Source of the DNA: a bacterium
GTDB taxonomy: Bacteria > Acidobacteriota > HRBIN11 > JAKEFK01
Assembly: GCA_022616075.1 (NCBI GenBank)
Contig: JAKEFK010000048.1
Coordinates: forward strand, 2,371 to 66,370
Length of the DNA stretch: 64,000 nt
Reading direction: 5' to 3'
Position 1 is the stretch's first letter. Every line of letters starts with the position of its first letter. The notes under the pieces were generated by a model. The model ran no database searches, was not told the origin of the DNA, and saw only the letters and a list, made by a program, of their open reading frames with translations. The position numbers and the translations under genes are program-made. Of this stretch, positions 9,747 through 18,261 are shown in pieces.

Positions 9747-10531
9747 AGAGAACTCCACCGGATAAACCACAATTCAGCTACAGAGTTAGACTTTCCGAAC
9801 AACCACTTCCTGAAATTCTCTTTACCATAGCCCAATACAAAGTCCCGGGAGTCGTCACAATCCTGCACGAGGGGATCACAAAGCAGGTTTTCGTGGACGA
9901 AGGAAACATTATTTTTGCGGCATCGAATTCTCCTGATGATCACCTGGGAGAGTTTCTTTTTCGGTGTGGAAAGATCACACGCATGGACTATGACAAATCG
10001 ATTGAGCTGATGGCACAACAGAAAGGAAAGTGGCAAGGGGAGATTCTGATTGATATGGGATCCTTGCAAAGAGATGAATTGCCGTGGGCCGTGCGCAGTC
10101 ATCAACAAGCGATCGTATGGTCCTTGTTCAATTGGTTCGAGGGTGAAGTCAACTTTCAACTCGGAAAGTTCAGACATTCCAAGCCGATCCAGCTGGATAT
10201 TCCGATTCCGCGCTCTATTCTGGACGGAGTGCGCCACATCCAAAATGCAAAACGGGTCATTGGTTTGATGGGAAACCGTGAAACATTATTGCGCGCTGAA
10301 GAGAATGCCCTCCTCTGCATTGAACTCTACGGAGCCGAAGAAAAAGAGCGAACGGTTTTACGTCTTGTAGATGGAAAAACGAATCTTTACGATCTATGTG
10401 CCGGCTCGCCTTATAGCCCTCATGAAACTGCCAGAATCCTTTATGGTCTATATACGCTGAAACTCATTTATAGAAAAGATTCAGAGGGAATCCGGATTGT
10501 CTCCGGTTTACAGGCGCCTACTTTTCAGTAG
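9743..10531 (+). CDS. DUF4388 domain protein
   Basis: LPEILFTIAQYKVPGVVTI, GNIIFAASNS, LGEFLFRCGKIT and LFNWFEGEVNFQ match the DUF4388 (PATAN-associated) consensus. ATGA overlap with the upstream gene. Confidence 0.55.
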   Translation: MKRTPPDKPQFSYRVRLSEQPLPEILFTIAQYKVPGVVTILHEGITKQVFVDEGNIIFAASNSPDDHLGEFLFRCGKITRMDYDKSIELMAQQKGKWQGEILIDMGSLQRDELPWAVRSHQQAIVWSLFNWFEGEVNFQLGKFRHSKPIQLDIPIPRSILDGVRHIQNAKRVIGLMGNRETLLRAEENALLCIELYGAEEKERTVLRLVDGKTNLYDLCAGSPYSPHETARILYGLYTLKLIYRKDSEGIRIVSGLQAPTFQ

Positions 10532-10545
10532 TTAGCATGATGAAC

Positions 10546-10613
10546 TGCCAAGACGCCAAGGCGCCAGGAAGAGAAAATACATTCTAGAATCTTGGCGTTC
10601 TTAGTGTCTTGAC
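10546..10613. repeat. family-2 hairpin repeat (CCAAGRCGCCAAG arms), copy A
   Basis: gccaagacgccaaggcgcc..loop..cttggcgttcttagtgtcttgac. Related copies at 11831-11906 and 17461-17482. Confidence 0.75.
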
Positions 10614-10630
10614 GGTTCAATGCATTTCAT

Positions 10631-11830
10631 ATGGGAATATTATTACGCTGCCATAGCATTCCTGAAATCGATACGATCGATGTTTATCTGCGTCATGGTG
10701 GTTATCAAGCTTTGGCGAAGGCAGTCCGGCTGGGCCCCCGGGAAATCGTGGAACAGGTGCGCAAATCAGGCCTTCGTGGAAGAGGGGGAGCAGGTTTTCC
10801 AACCGCAACGAAATGGGACGCTGTGCTATCACAGGAAAGGAAGCCTCACTATCTCATTTGCAACATAGCGGAGGGAGAACCTGGCTCGTTTAAAGACCGG
10901 GAACTCGTTAAAAACCCTCATATGGTTCTGGAATCAACGGCCATTGCCGCTTTTGCGGTTGGCGCTGAAAAAGCGTTTCTGTTTCTACGCGGCATTTTTG
11001 CAGAAGAAGAAGAGAGTCTGAAAAGGGCTTTGATCGCGGCGCGGAATCACAAATTTCTGGGCAATGACGGAATGCTGAAAGTGGAGCTGGTGATACACTG
11101 CGGTGAAGATTCATACATTGCCGGTGAAGAAACCGCAATGATTGAATCTCTGGAAGGAAAGCCAGCAATTCCCCGGGTGAAACCGCCACGTCCCCACGAC
11201 TATGGCCTCTGGGAGTGCCCGACAGTTGTGAACAACGTGGAAACGCTTTGTAACACCATCCCGATCCTGATGCAAGGCTCCGAGACTTTTCGCAAACTGG
11301 GAACAAAGGAATCTCCCGGGTCAAAACTCTTTTGCCTTTCAGGGCAAATTCGCAAACCGGGCGTGTACGAATGTCCGTTGGGCATCCAGCTTTCAACTTT
11401 GCTGAACGATTTCGGTGGTGGTCCGCTGCCTGGGAGGCGATTCATCGCAATTTTTCCCGGCGGTCCTTCAACCCCAATCGTCCCCGTGGAATTGGATCCC
11501 TTCATGGATTTCGAAAATTTACAAAAAGTGGGGAGTCATCTGGGAACCGGCGGCGTGATTGTTATCGATGATTCGTCCGATCTCCGGCAAGTTGCTGTCC
11601 AAACCCTTTCTTTCTTTATGCGCGAAAGCTGCGGCGTTTGTCCCCCTTGCTTCATCGGAACACAAGAACTTCATAAATTGTTTCAAGTGCAACGTTCCGA
11701 TGTTTTGAAAATTCGAGAATTTTGTGAAATGATGAAATATCGCGGTCAATGCGCGCACAGCCGGGCCGCAGCTCTAACATCTTTAAGTTTTTTGAATCAG
11801 TTTCCACAAGTCTTTGGGACGAATGTTTAA
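10631..11830 (+). CDS. NuoF-like NADH dehydrogenase 51-kDa subunit homolog (FMN/NADH-binding, 4Fe-4S)
   Basis: GRGGAGFPTATKW FMN-site motif, SLBB region and ESCGVCPPC 4Fe-4S ligands. No nuoE/nuoG neighbours. Confidence 0.8.
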   Translation: MGILLRCHSIPEIDTIDVYLRHGGYQALAKAVRLGPREIVEQVRKSGLRGRGGAGFPTATKWDAVLSQERKPHYLICNIAEGEPGSFKDRELVKNPHMVLESTAIAAFAVGAEKAFLFLRGIFAEEEESLKRALIAARNHKFLGNDGMLKVELVIHCGEDSYIAGEETAMIESLEGKPAIPRVKPPRPHDYGLWECPTVVNNVETLCNTIPILMQGSETFRKLGTKESPGSKLFCLSGQIRKPGVYECPLGIQLSTLLNDFGGGPLPGRRFIAIFPGGPSTPIVPVELDPFMDFENLQKVGSHLGTGGVIVIDDSSDLRQVAVQTLSFFMRESCGVCPPCFIGTQELHKLFQVQRSDVLKIREFCEMMKYRGQCAHSRAAALTSLSFLNQFPQVFGTNV

Positions 11831-11906
11831 CCGCCAGGCCGCCAAGGACGCCAAGAGATAAATTCTCTTGATTCTGAAAACTTGGCGTTTTGGCGGCTTG
11901 GCGGTT
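11831..11906. repeat. family-2 hairpin repeat, copy B
   Basis: ccgccaggccgccaaggacgccaag..loop..cttggcgttttggcggcttggcgg. Together with copy A it brackets the NuoF-like gene. Confidence 0.75.
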
Positions 11907-11924
11907 TTCTAGAAGGAGGCAGCT

Positions 11925-12710
11925 ATGGAATGGGTTCAATCATACACGGAGTTCTTGTTCAGATGGATACACGTTGCCGCAGGCATTGTATGGATCGGCC
12001 ATCTCTATTTTTTTAATTTCGTCAACGCACACGTAGCCAAAACCTATGATGCAGATTCAAAAAAGAAAGTGGTACCGGAGCTCATGCCCCGTTCGCTCTA
12101 CTGGTTCAGGTGGGGCGCGATGTATACATGGATTTCAGGAATCTTCCTTCTGGCTTTCTCTTATTACATGGCAAACAACATGGTTCCGGAAGGAAGCACG
12201 ATGTCCAACGGAACGGCAAGTATTCTTTGCCTTGTGATACTTTTCGTAGCGTTTTTTATTTACGATATCGTCTGGAAAGCTGTAAAGAATGAAACCGTAG
12301 GCGCCGTCATTTCTTTCTTGCTGGTGGTCGCGGTCCTGTTCGGACTTTCCCGAATTCTCATTGGGCGCTCCGTATACATTCATATTGGGGCTTTTTTCGG
12401 CACGGTTATGTTCATGAACGTTTGGATGAGAATCTGGCCGGCCCAAAAGAAAATCATTGCTGGAATCAAAGGAACCGCAGCCGCCGCGGATCCTTCCGTC
12501 GTTGCGCTTGCCGGCCTTCGTTCAAAACACAACACGTATATGAGTGTGCCTCTCGCCTTCTTCATGGTCTCCAATCATTATCCGGGATTGTACGGCAACC
12601 AGGAGTATGGTTGGCTGATCGCAGCCGTGATCGTTCTGGTAGGCTGGCTTCTTACAAAGTTCTTGTACGTAAAATCAGCGAGCGCAGCTCCTACGAAGAT
12701 CGGTGACTAA
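11925..12710 (+). CDS. integral membrane protein (6 TM), possibly COG3748 / PuuD N-terminal-domain-like
   Basis: N-terminal FLFRWIHVAAGIVWIGHLYFFNF resembles the conserved start of urate hydroxylase PuuD-family membrane domains. No CxxCH heme site is present. Confidence 0.4.
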   Translation: MEWVQSYTEFLFRWIHVAAGIVWIGHLYFFNFVNAHVAKTYDADSKKKVVPELMPRSLYWFRWGAMYTWISGIFLLAFSYYMANNMVPEGSTMSNGTASILCLVILFVAFFIYDIVWKAVKNETVGAVISFLLVVAVLFGLSRILIGRSVYIHIGAFFGTVMFMNVWMRIWPAQKKIIAGIKGTAAAADPSVVALAGLRSKHNTYMSVPLAFFMVSNHYPGLYGNQEYGWLIAAVIVLVGWLLTKFLYVKSASAAPTKIGD

Positions 12711-14518
12711 TTTCCGCGGACACCAATCTTCTGCAGAAGGAATCCGAATCCGGATTTCATTGCTTCGAGATAAGCTGAGACTTTCCCGGGGCGCGAATGC
12801 AATTTACCCGTTTCGAAGAGCCTTTTCGTTTCGAGCCGTTTCAATTTGCCGCTGGAAGTTTTTGGAAGCGTTCCTGCCGGAACGATCACCACTTCATCCG
12901 GCGAAATTCCAATAGATTCAGAGAGACGGTTTCGAACGTTCCGCCCCAGAGGTTCGTCATGGTTTCCTTTTCGGGTTTCAGCGATGAGGACCAGCGCTTC
13001 CCCGTTTTGTTTGGCCGAACTGAAGGCCACAACGTTCCCGGTGCGAATTCCTGGAACTTCCGACGCAATGCTTTCCAGATCATGCGCATGAAATTTTTTC
13101 CCGCGGATAATAATGACGTCCTTGCTTCGACCGCAAACATACAACTCGCCGTTAACAAAATATCCTAAGTCGCCTGTTTTGAGCCATCCATCCGAAGTCC
13201 TTGAATTACGCGTGGAATGCTCGTCTCCAATGTATCCCGGAGTCACAGATGGTCCGCTCACCTGTACCTCCCCTACCTCGCGATCTGCCAGCGGCGCACC
13301 GTCTTCAGTCGCAACGCGCACGGACAAACCGGGCATCGGTTCGCCACACGAAGCGATCCAGACAGAATGAGAATCCTCTCCGTTTACCGGTTTCGCAAAT
13401 CGCGATTCAGATAATGCCGCGAGGTCCACTCTATCGGACTTCAGCCCGCGCAGGAATGGTGTGAATGTAACAGCCAGAGTAGCTTCTGCCAAACCATATG
13501 CCGGCACAAGCGCGCCCGCTTCCAAACCAGCCGGTTGGAAATGCTCCACAAATTTTTCCATGGTTGCGGGAAGAACCGGTTCGGCGCCACAAATAAAAGT
13601 CGTCATGCTGGATAGATTCAATCCGCTGACATCCGAGATGCGTCGCGCGCAAATACCGTACGCGAAATTCGGCGCCGCCGTGTGAGTTCCGTGATGCTCA
13701 GTGATCAATTCCAGCCAGAGACGCGGTTTTTTTAAAAATACAATCGGTGGCAATACAACAAGATCGCAAGGCAAAGTGATTGCATTCAAAACGGTCCCAA
13801 TCAATCCCATGTCGTGATAAACAGGCAACCAGGTTACGACGCTCGAGGACTCGCTCATATGAGAGGCTTGACGAATCATCCACAAATTGGCGGCAAGGCC
13901 ACGGTGCGATACAAGCACGCCTTTTGGATCTGACGTGCTCCCCGAAGTGAATTGCAAAAAAGCCACGGGATTTTCAGGATCTACAGAATCATCGTTGCAT
14001 CCATCCGCGATTAATGTTTCGAATCTCAATACATTCCGGACGGTTTTCGTTTGATGCGAAATCGAACCAAGAAAAGAGTAAGTTTGTCCTTCTGCGATGA
14101 TCATCGTAGCCGTTGATCTTTCGGCAACATGTTTGATGAAACGCAAAAACCCGGGAACAGCCTGCAAATTGAGCGGCGGATAAACCGGAGTCGGCGGACA
14201 ACCGAGCATCATACAACCAAGAATTGCAAGAATGGCCGCCTGTGGATTCGTCATCACCAGAATAACAGGATCTCCAGGTTGAATTCCTTGCATCCTTAAA
14301 CCATTCGCAACTCGACCCGCTTGATTCATCAGCTCCGCATAGGAATAATGCTTAACAGCGCCGGTGGCGTCGGCAAAACGAACACCTTTGGAATTGACTT
14401 TGCCCAGTTCTTTAAACTTCGCGGTAATCGGAATCTCGTCCATAAACGTGTAATTATACTGCGGGCTGGAAGCCCCTGCGCTCCGTAGTGAGAATTTCTT
14501 GCTCCGCGGAACGTCCAT
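12707..14518 (-). CDS. fatty acyl-AMP ligase / AMP-dependent synthetase-ligase
   Basis: Adenylation motifs LQFTSGSTSDPKGV and YGLAEAT, plus a C-terminal ...GKL.R motif. The real start is probably the internal MDEIPIT (about 14443) because 14518 lies 13 nt from a divergent gene. Confidence 0.8.
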   Translation of the reverse strand: MDVPRSKKFSLRSAGASSPQYNYTFMDEIPITAKFKELGKVNSKGVRFADATGAVKHYSYAELMNQAGRVANGLRMQGIQPGDPVILVMTNPQAAILAILGCMMLGCPPTPVYPPLNLQAVPGFLRFIKHVAERSTATMIIAEGQTYSFLGSISHQTKTVRNVLRFETLIADGCNDDSVDPENPVAFLQFTSGSTSDPKGVLVSHRGLAANLWMIRQASHMSESSSVVTWLPVYHDMGLIGTVLNAITLPCDLVVLPPIVFLKKPRLWLELITEHHGTHTAAPNFAYGICARRISDVSGLNLSSMTTFICGAEPVLPATMEKFVEHFQPAGLEAGALVPAYGLAEATLAVTFTPFLRGLKSDRVDLAALSESRFAKPVNGEDSHSVWIASCGEPMPGLSVRVATEDGAPLADREVGEVQVSGPSVTPGYIGDEHSTRNSRTSDGWLKTGDLGYFVNGELYVCGRSKDVIIIRGKKFHAHDLESIASEVPGIRTGNVVAFSSAKQNGEALVLIAETRKGNHDEPLGRNVRNRLSESIGISPDEVVIVPAGTLPKTSSGKLKRLETKRLFETGKLHSRPGKVSAYLEAMKSGFGFLLQKIGVRGN

Positions 14519-14531
14519 TCATTGAACGGAT

Positions 14532-15089
14532 ATGTTTGAGTACTCGAATGCCCTGTGTAACCATGACAATATGGCCAAATCTCGCGATGAAAAAGAAGCG
14601 GAGTTCCTATCCATTCAGCGGGATTATGGAAACCTGATCCGAAACGCAATTCATCGAGTTTATCCCTCATTTTCCGATTTCGATCTGCAGGACATCGAAC
14701 AGGAAGTTCACATTAAAATCTGGAAGCTGCTCGATAACAGTCAAAAGATTGTTTACCCCTCAACTTATTTGTACAAGATGGCCGCAACGACAGCCATCGA
14801 TGTTTTGCGAAAAATGCGTTTCAAACAGCAGGAGACCATCACCGAAGCAACTGCGGGGGTCAATCCAAATACGGAAAGCCGTTTGTTCGACGTCCTGGAG
14901 AACGTGTTGAACAAACTGGCGGAATCCAGGCAAATTGCGGTTCGCTTCTATCTGCAAGGTTACAGCGCTGATGAGATCGGCAAGCTAATGCAGTGGAGCA
15001 GCGCGCGCGCAAGAAATCTCGTTTATCGTGGACTGGAGGACCTTCGCGTTTTGCTGAAAGAAGAAGGAATTTATTATGAAAGTGAATGA
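14532..15089 (+). CDS. ECF-family RNA polymerase sigma factor
   Basis: Sigma-70 region 2 (DLQDIEQEVHIKIWK) and region 4 HTH (YSADEIGKLMQWSSARARNLVYRG). Possible alternative start MAKSRDE at 14574. Confidence 0.8.
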   Translation: MFEYSNALCNHDNMAKSRDEKEAEFLSIQRDYGNLIRNAIHRVYPSFSDFDLQDIEQEVHIKIWKLLDNSQKIVYPSTYLYKMAATTAIDVLRKMRFKQQETITEATAGVNPNTESRLFDVLENVLNKLAESRQIAVRFYLQGYSADEIGKLMQWSSARARNLVYRGLEDLRVLLKEEGIYYESE

Positions 15090-17286
15090 AGAAAAATTGA
15101 TAGAAGCCTATGGAAAAGGAGCAGGCTCGAGTAACAGAAATGAATGCCCGTCCGCTGAGATACTGTTTGAGCTAGCCAGCAATAACCTGGCAAAAGCGGA
15201 AAAGCTGAAGTGGATTCAGCATATATCCAGGTGCCGTGAATGTTCCTCTGAAACTCGGGTTCTCTTAGCCTCAGCACCTCCTGTGAAGCGCGTAAGGATC
15301 GTTCGCTCTTCCGTTTTGACGATCGCCGCCAGCATCATACTCTTACTTGCAGGCGGCCTGTACCTATACAAATTCCAAAGGGAACAACCTTATCAACGCG
15401 TCCGTATCGCGTTCCTCGACCCCAGAAACAACACCAACAATCAGCAGCTGAACGCGATTGCTGCAATGTTAAGCACTTCACTCGAACAGTCCTCTCAGGT
15501 ACAGGTGATCAGCCGTGCCATGATGGTCGATGCAGCAAAACGCTCTGGACAGTCCAATGTAAGGATGCTGGACGAAGCCGCGGTTCAGACAATCAAAGAC
15601 AAATTTTCTCCAACCGCCATCGCATTCACGACGATTGAGAAAGATCCGGAAGGAATAGCCATTCATGTAAACTTGAAAGATGTAAAAACAGGCAAACAAC
15701 TTTACTCTGGCAATCAGAAAGCGCGGGATCTGGCTTCCGTTCCCTTTCATCTCGATGAAATTTCCCGCTCCTTGCGCTCTCATCTTGAGGAAGATCAACC
15801 CGCCCTGAGAAATTCAAAACGGATCAGCGAATTGACCACTGAAAACATGGCTTCCTATTACCACTATTTCAAAGGTGAAGACTTGCTCAACAGGCTCTCT
15901 TTTCGCGAAGCGGAAGCCGAGTTTGAACAAGCCGTTCAAATGGATCCGACTTTCGCGATCGCTCATTACAAACTGGCTTTTGCGCGCTGGACATCGGGTG
16001 AACCGGCGCGCGACGCAATCGCGAAAGCCATGAAATTCAAGCGCAAAGCTTTGCCAAAGGAACAGAAGCTCATCCGCGCTTATTCCGAATACATCAATGG
16101 AAAACCGCATCAAGCGTTGCGCATTTACCGGAGCGTTCTTCAGACTTATCCGGAAGAGAAAGAGACTCTTTACATGGCAGGTGACGTCTCCTTTCATGGA
16201 GGGGATTACGCGACCGCGGAATCCTATTTAAGAAAAGTTCTTGAGCTGGATCCGGCCTATGGCCTGGCATACGATCATTTAATTTTGATCTACGAAGGTA
16301 CGAATCGCTACGAACCGCTGGCGCATCTCGCTCAGAAGTTCGTACAAAATGTCGGCAGTGAACGCTCCTATAAACTGTATGCCGACGCTCTAAACTTGCG
16401 TGGAGAATTTGAAGCGTCGCGCCATACCTATGAAACTGCGAAAAAGATTTTCACATCCAGCACGATGCCTTTGATCGGTATCGCTGAAGATGTTCTTGTG
16501 TTCCAAAATCGATTTCCGGAAGCGGAATCAACCGTCCGCGCTTTGCTCTCGAAGTCTGAGGACACGCAACGGCAAGCTTACAGAAGCCTCACAAGAATCC
16601 TTGTATATCAGGGGAAATATCGCGAAGCTTTGGAAGCATCGAACCATGTGGTTGAACTCGATCGGAAGTCAAAGGATTCTCAGAACCTGGCAAGAGCATA
16701 CGCTCAAAGAGCTTTCTGGTTGCTCACTTTGCGAGGGGATCAGAAAGGCTTTGAAATTGAAATGAATAACGCGCTAAAAGCGGATACTCATCATGATGAC
16801 TTTCTTTACATTTATCTTTTCCAGAACTACCTGCTGGCTGGCCGCATTCCCGAAGCAGAGCAAATCGCGAGGGAGAATATTCTTGATTACGGATTCTATC
16901 CGGACATGCTGAAGGCATTTGACGCGCGTAAAAAACGGGACCATCAGCAGGCAATTCGTGTGCTGAACGATTTGGAAACGCGGGGAGAACCCTGGAGCCG
17001 CATCCTACGCACACGGGAACTTGCCCTTGCCTATAATGAAAAAGGCGACTACCCCGCCGCATATGACACCTTTGAGAAGCTAAAAACAACTTTTTCCAAT
17101 TATCTTGGCCATCGTGCGGTCTTTTATCCGGAAGCGCTATACTATCAAGGCGTGCTGCTCGAAAAAATGGGAGACAAACAAAAAGCGCACATCACTTATA
17201 CAAACATGACCGAACTCTGGAAAAATGCGGATTCGGATATTCCTTTCTTGAAGCAAGTGAAATCACGTTTGAGCCGATCAAAGTAG
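15076..17286 (+). CDS. putative anti-sigma factor: N-terminal Cys-rich zinc-finger-like segment, one TM, large periplasmic TPR domain
   Basis: Overlaps the sigma gene by 14 nt. CPSAEIL..H..CRECSS motif, then TM (VLTIAASIILLLAGGLYLY), then about 600 aa of TPR-like helical repeats. Confidence 0.6.
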   Translation: MKVNEEKLIEAYGKGAGSSNRNECPSAEILFELASNNLAKAEKLKWIQHISRCRECSSETRVLLASAPPVKRVRIVRSSVLTIAASIILLLAGGLYLYKFQREQPYQRVRIAFLDPRNNTNNQQLNAIAAMLSTSLEQSSQVQVISRAMMVDAAKRSGQSNVRMLDEAAVQTIKDKFSPTAIAFTTIEKDPEGIAIHVNLKDVKTGKQLYSGNQKARDLASVPFHLDEISRSLRSHLEEDQPALRNSKRISELTTENMASYYHYFKGEDLLNRLSFREAEAEFEQAVQMDPTFAIAHYKLAFARWTSGEPARDAIAKAMKFKRKALPKEQKLIRAYSEYINGKPHQALRIYRSVLQTYPEEKETLYMAGDVSFHGGDYATAESYLRKVLELDPAYGLAYDHLILIYEGTNRYEPLAHLAQKFVQNVGSERSYKLYADALNLRGEFEASRHTYETAKKIFTSSTMPLIGIAEDVLVFQNRFPEAESTVRALLSKSEDTQRQAYRSLTRILVYQGKYREALEASNHVVELDRKSKDSQNLARAYAQRAFWLLTLRGDQKGFEIEMNNALKADTHHDDFLYIYLFQNYLLAGRIPEAEQIARENILDYGFYPDMLKAFDARKKRDHQQAIRVLNDLETRGEPWSRILRTRELALAYNEKGDYPAAYDTFEKLKTTFSNYLGHRAVFYPEALYYQGVLLEKMGDKQKAHITYTNMTELWKNADSDIPFLKQVKSRLSRSK

Positions 17287-17332
17287 CGCGGACGTCTGCG
17301 CGCGCTGTTCGCAGGCGGGACGCCTGCGCTAC
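17283..17332. repeat. family-1 palindromic repeat, copy 4
   Basis: gtagcgcggacgtctgcgcgcgctgttcgcaggcgggacgcctgcgctac, directly after the anti-sigma stop. Confidence 0.8.
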
Positions 17333-17343
17333 TTGGAAGGAGA

Positions 17344-17517
17344 ATGAAAATGCCTCAATACGTCATTGAAAGGGAGTTAACAGGAGTTGGAGCGTTATCA
17401 AAAGAGCAATTGAAAGAAGTTGCAAAAAAATCAAACGGCCAGGATAAAAGTTTCAATTTTCTTGGCGCCTTGGCGTCTTGGCTGTTAACTGTATACCTTT
17501 ACTTTCCAAAAATCTGA
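17344..17517 (+). pseudogene. DUF4242-like gene remnant (N-terminal 35 codons) truncated by a family-2 repeat arm
   Basis: MKMPQYVIERELTGVGALSKEQLKEVAKKS matches the N-terminus of DUF4242 proteins (MPKYVIEREIPGAGKLT.EEL...SQKS). Residues after position 35 are encoded by the repeat cttggcgccttggcgtcttggc, then a stop. Only 57 codons against about 90 for the family. Confidence 0.5.
17461..17482. repeat. family-2 repeat, solo arm (inverted relative to copy A)
   Basis: cttggcgccttggcgtcttggc is the reverse complement of the copy-A left arm. Confidence 0.7.
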
Positions 17518-17556
17518 TCTGTACAGGTACAGTAACAAAAGCTATGATAGTAGGAA

Positions 17557-18261
17557 ATGAAGCTTGTAGTCTTCGACGTAGACGGAACATTGACAGACAC
17601 CAATCAGGTGGATGGCTTGTGTTTTCGGCTCGCCTTCCAGCAGGAATTTGGTTTGCGAAAAATCTCACGCGATTGGGAATCTTATAACTACAGCACAGAT
17701 CAAGGGATCGCTACAGAAGTTCTCACCTCTTTTTTCAATAGAAACCCGCTGGATTCCGAACTTGCCCGCGCGCGCGCCCGTTTTATCCGGAACTTAAGAG
17801 AAGCGTACTGTTCGAACCCTCGGGATTTTCAAGAAGTACGCGGGGCCGGTAGTATTCTTCGTCTTCTGCGCGAAGAAACCGATTGGAAAGTGGCGATTGC
17901 CACCGGATGCTGGTCGGAGTCCGCGCGGTTTAAGCTTCAACGCGCAGGGATTCAAATGGACACACCTTTTGCTTCCTGCGAAGATTCCATTTCACGCGAT
18001 GGCATCGTCAGCCGCGTCATTGAAAAAGCGAAGGTTTATTACGAATGCAAAGATTTCAGCACCGTCGTTTTTGTCGGTGATGGAGTCTGGGATGTCACAA
18101 CAGCAAAGAATCTGGGTATCGGCTTTGTTGGGATCAGCGCGAATGAAAAGAGTCAGCGTTTGAAAAAAGCGGGAGCAAAATTCATCTGTAAGGATTTTCA
18201 GTTAACACCGGTTTTTTTAAACTACTTGAACCATTTTGACGCTTATGAATCCACAAATTGA
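17557..18261 (+). CDS. HAD-superfamily hydrolase
   Basis: VVFDVDGTLTD motif I, and motif IV VGDGVWD. Confidence 0.8.
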   Translation: MKLVVFDVDGTLTDTNQVDGLCFRLAFQQEFGLRKISRDWESYNYSTDQGIATEVLTSFFNRNPLDSELARARARFIRNLREAYCSNPRDFQEVRGAGSILRLLREETDWKVAIATGCWSESARFKLQRAGIQMDTPFASCEDSISRDGIVSRVIEKAKVYYECKDFSTVVFVGDGVWDVTTAKNLGIGFVGISANEKSQRLKKAGAKFICKDFQLTPVFLNYLNHFDAYESTN

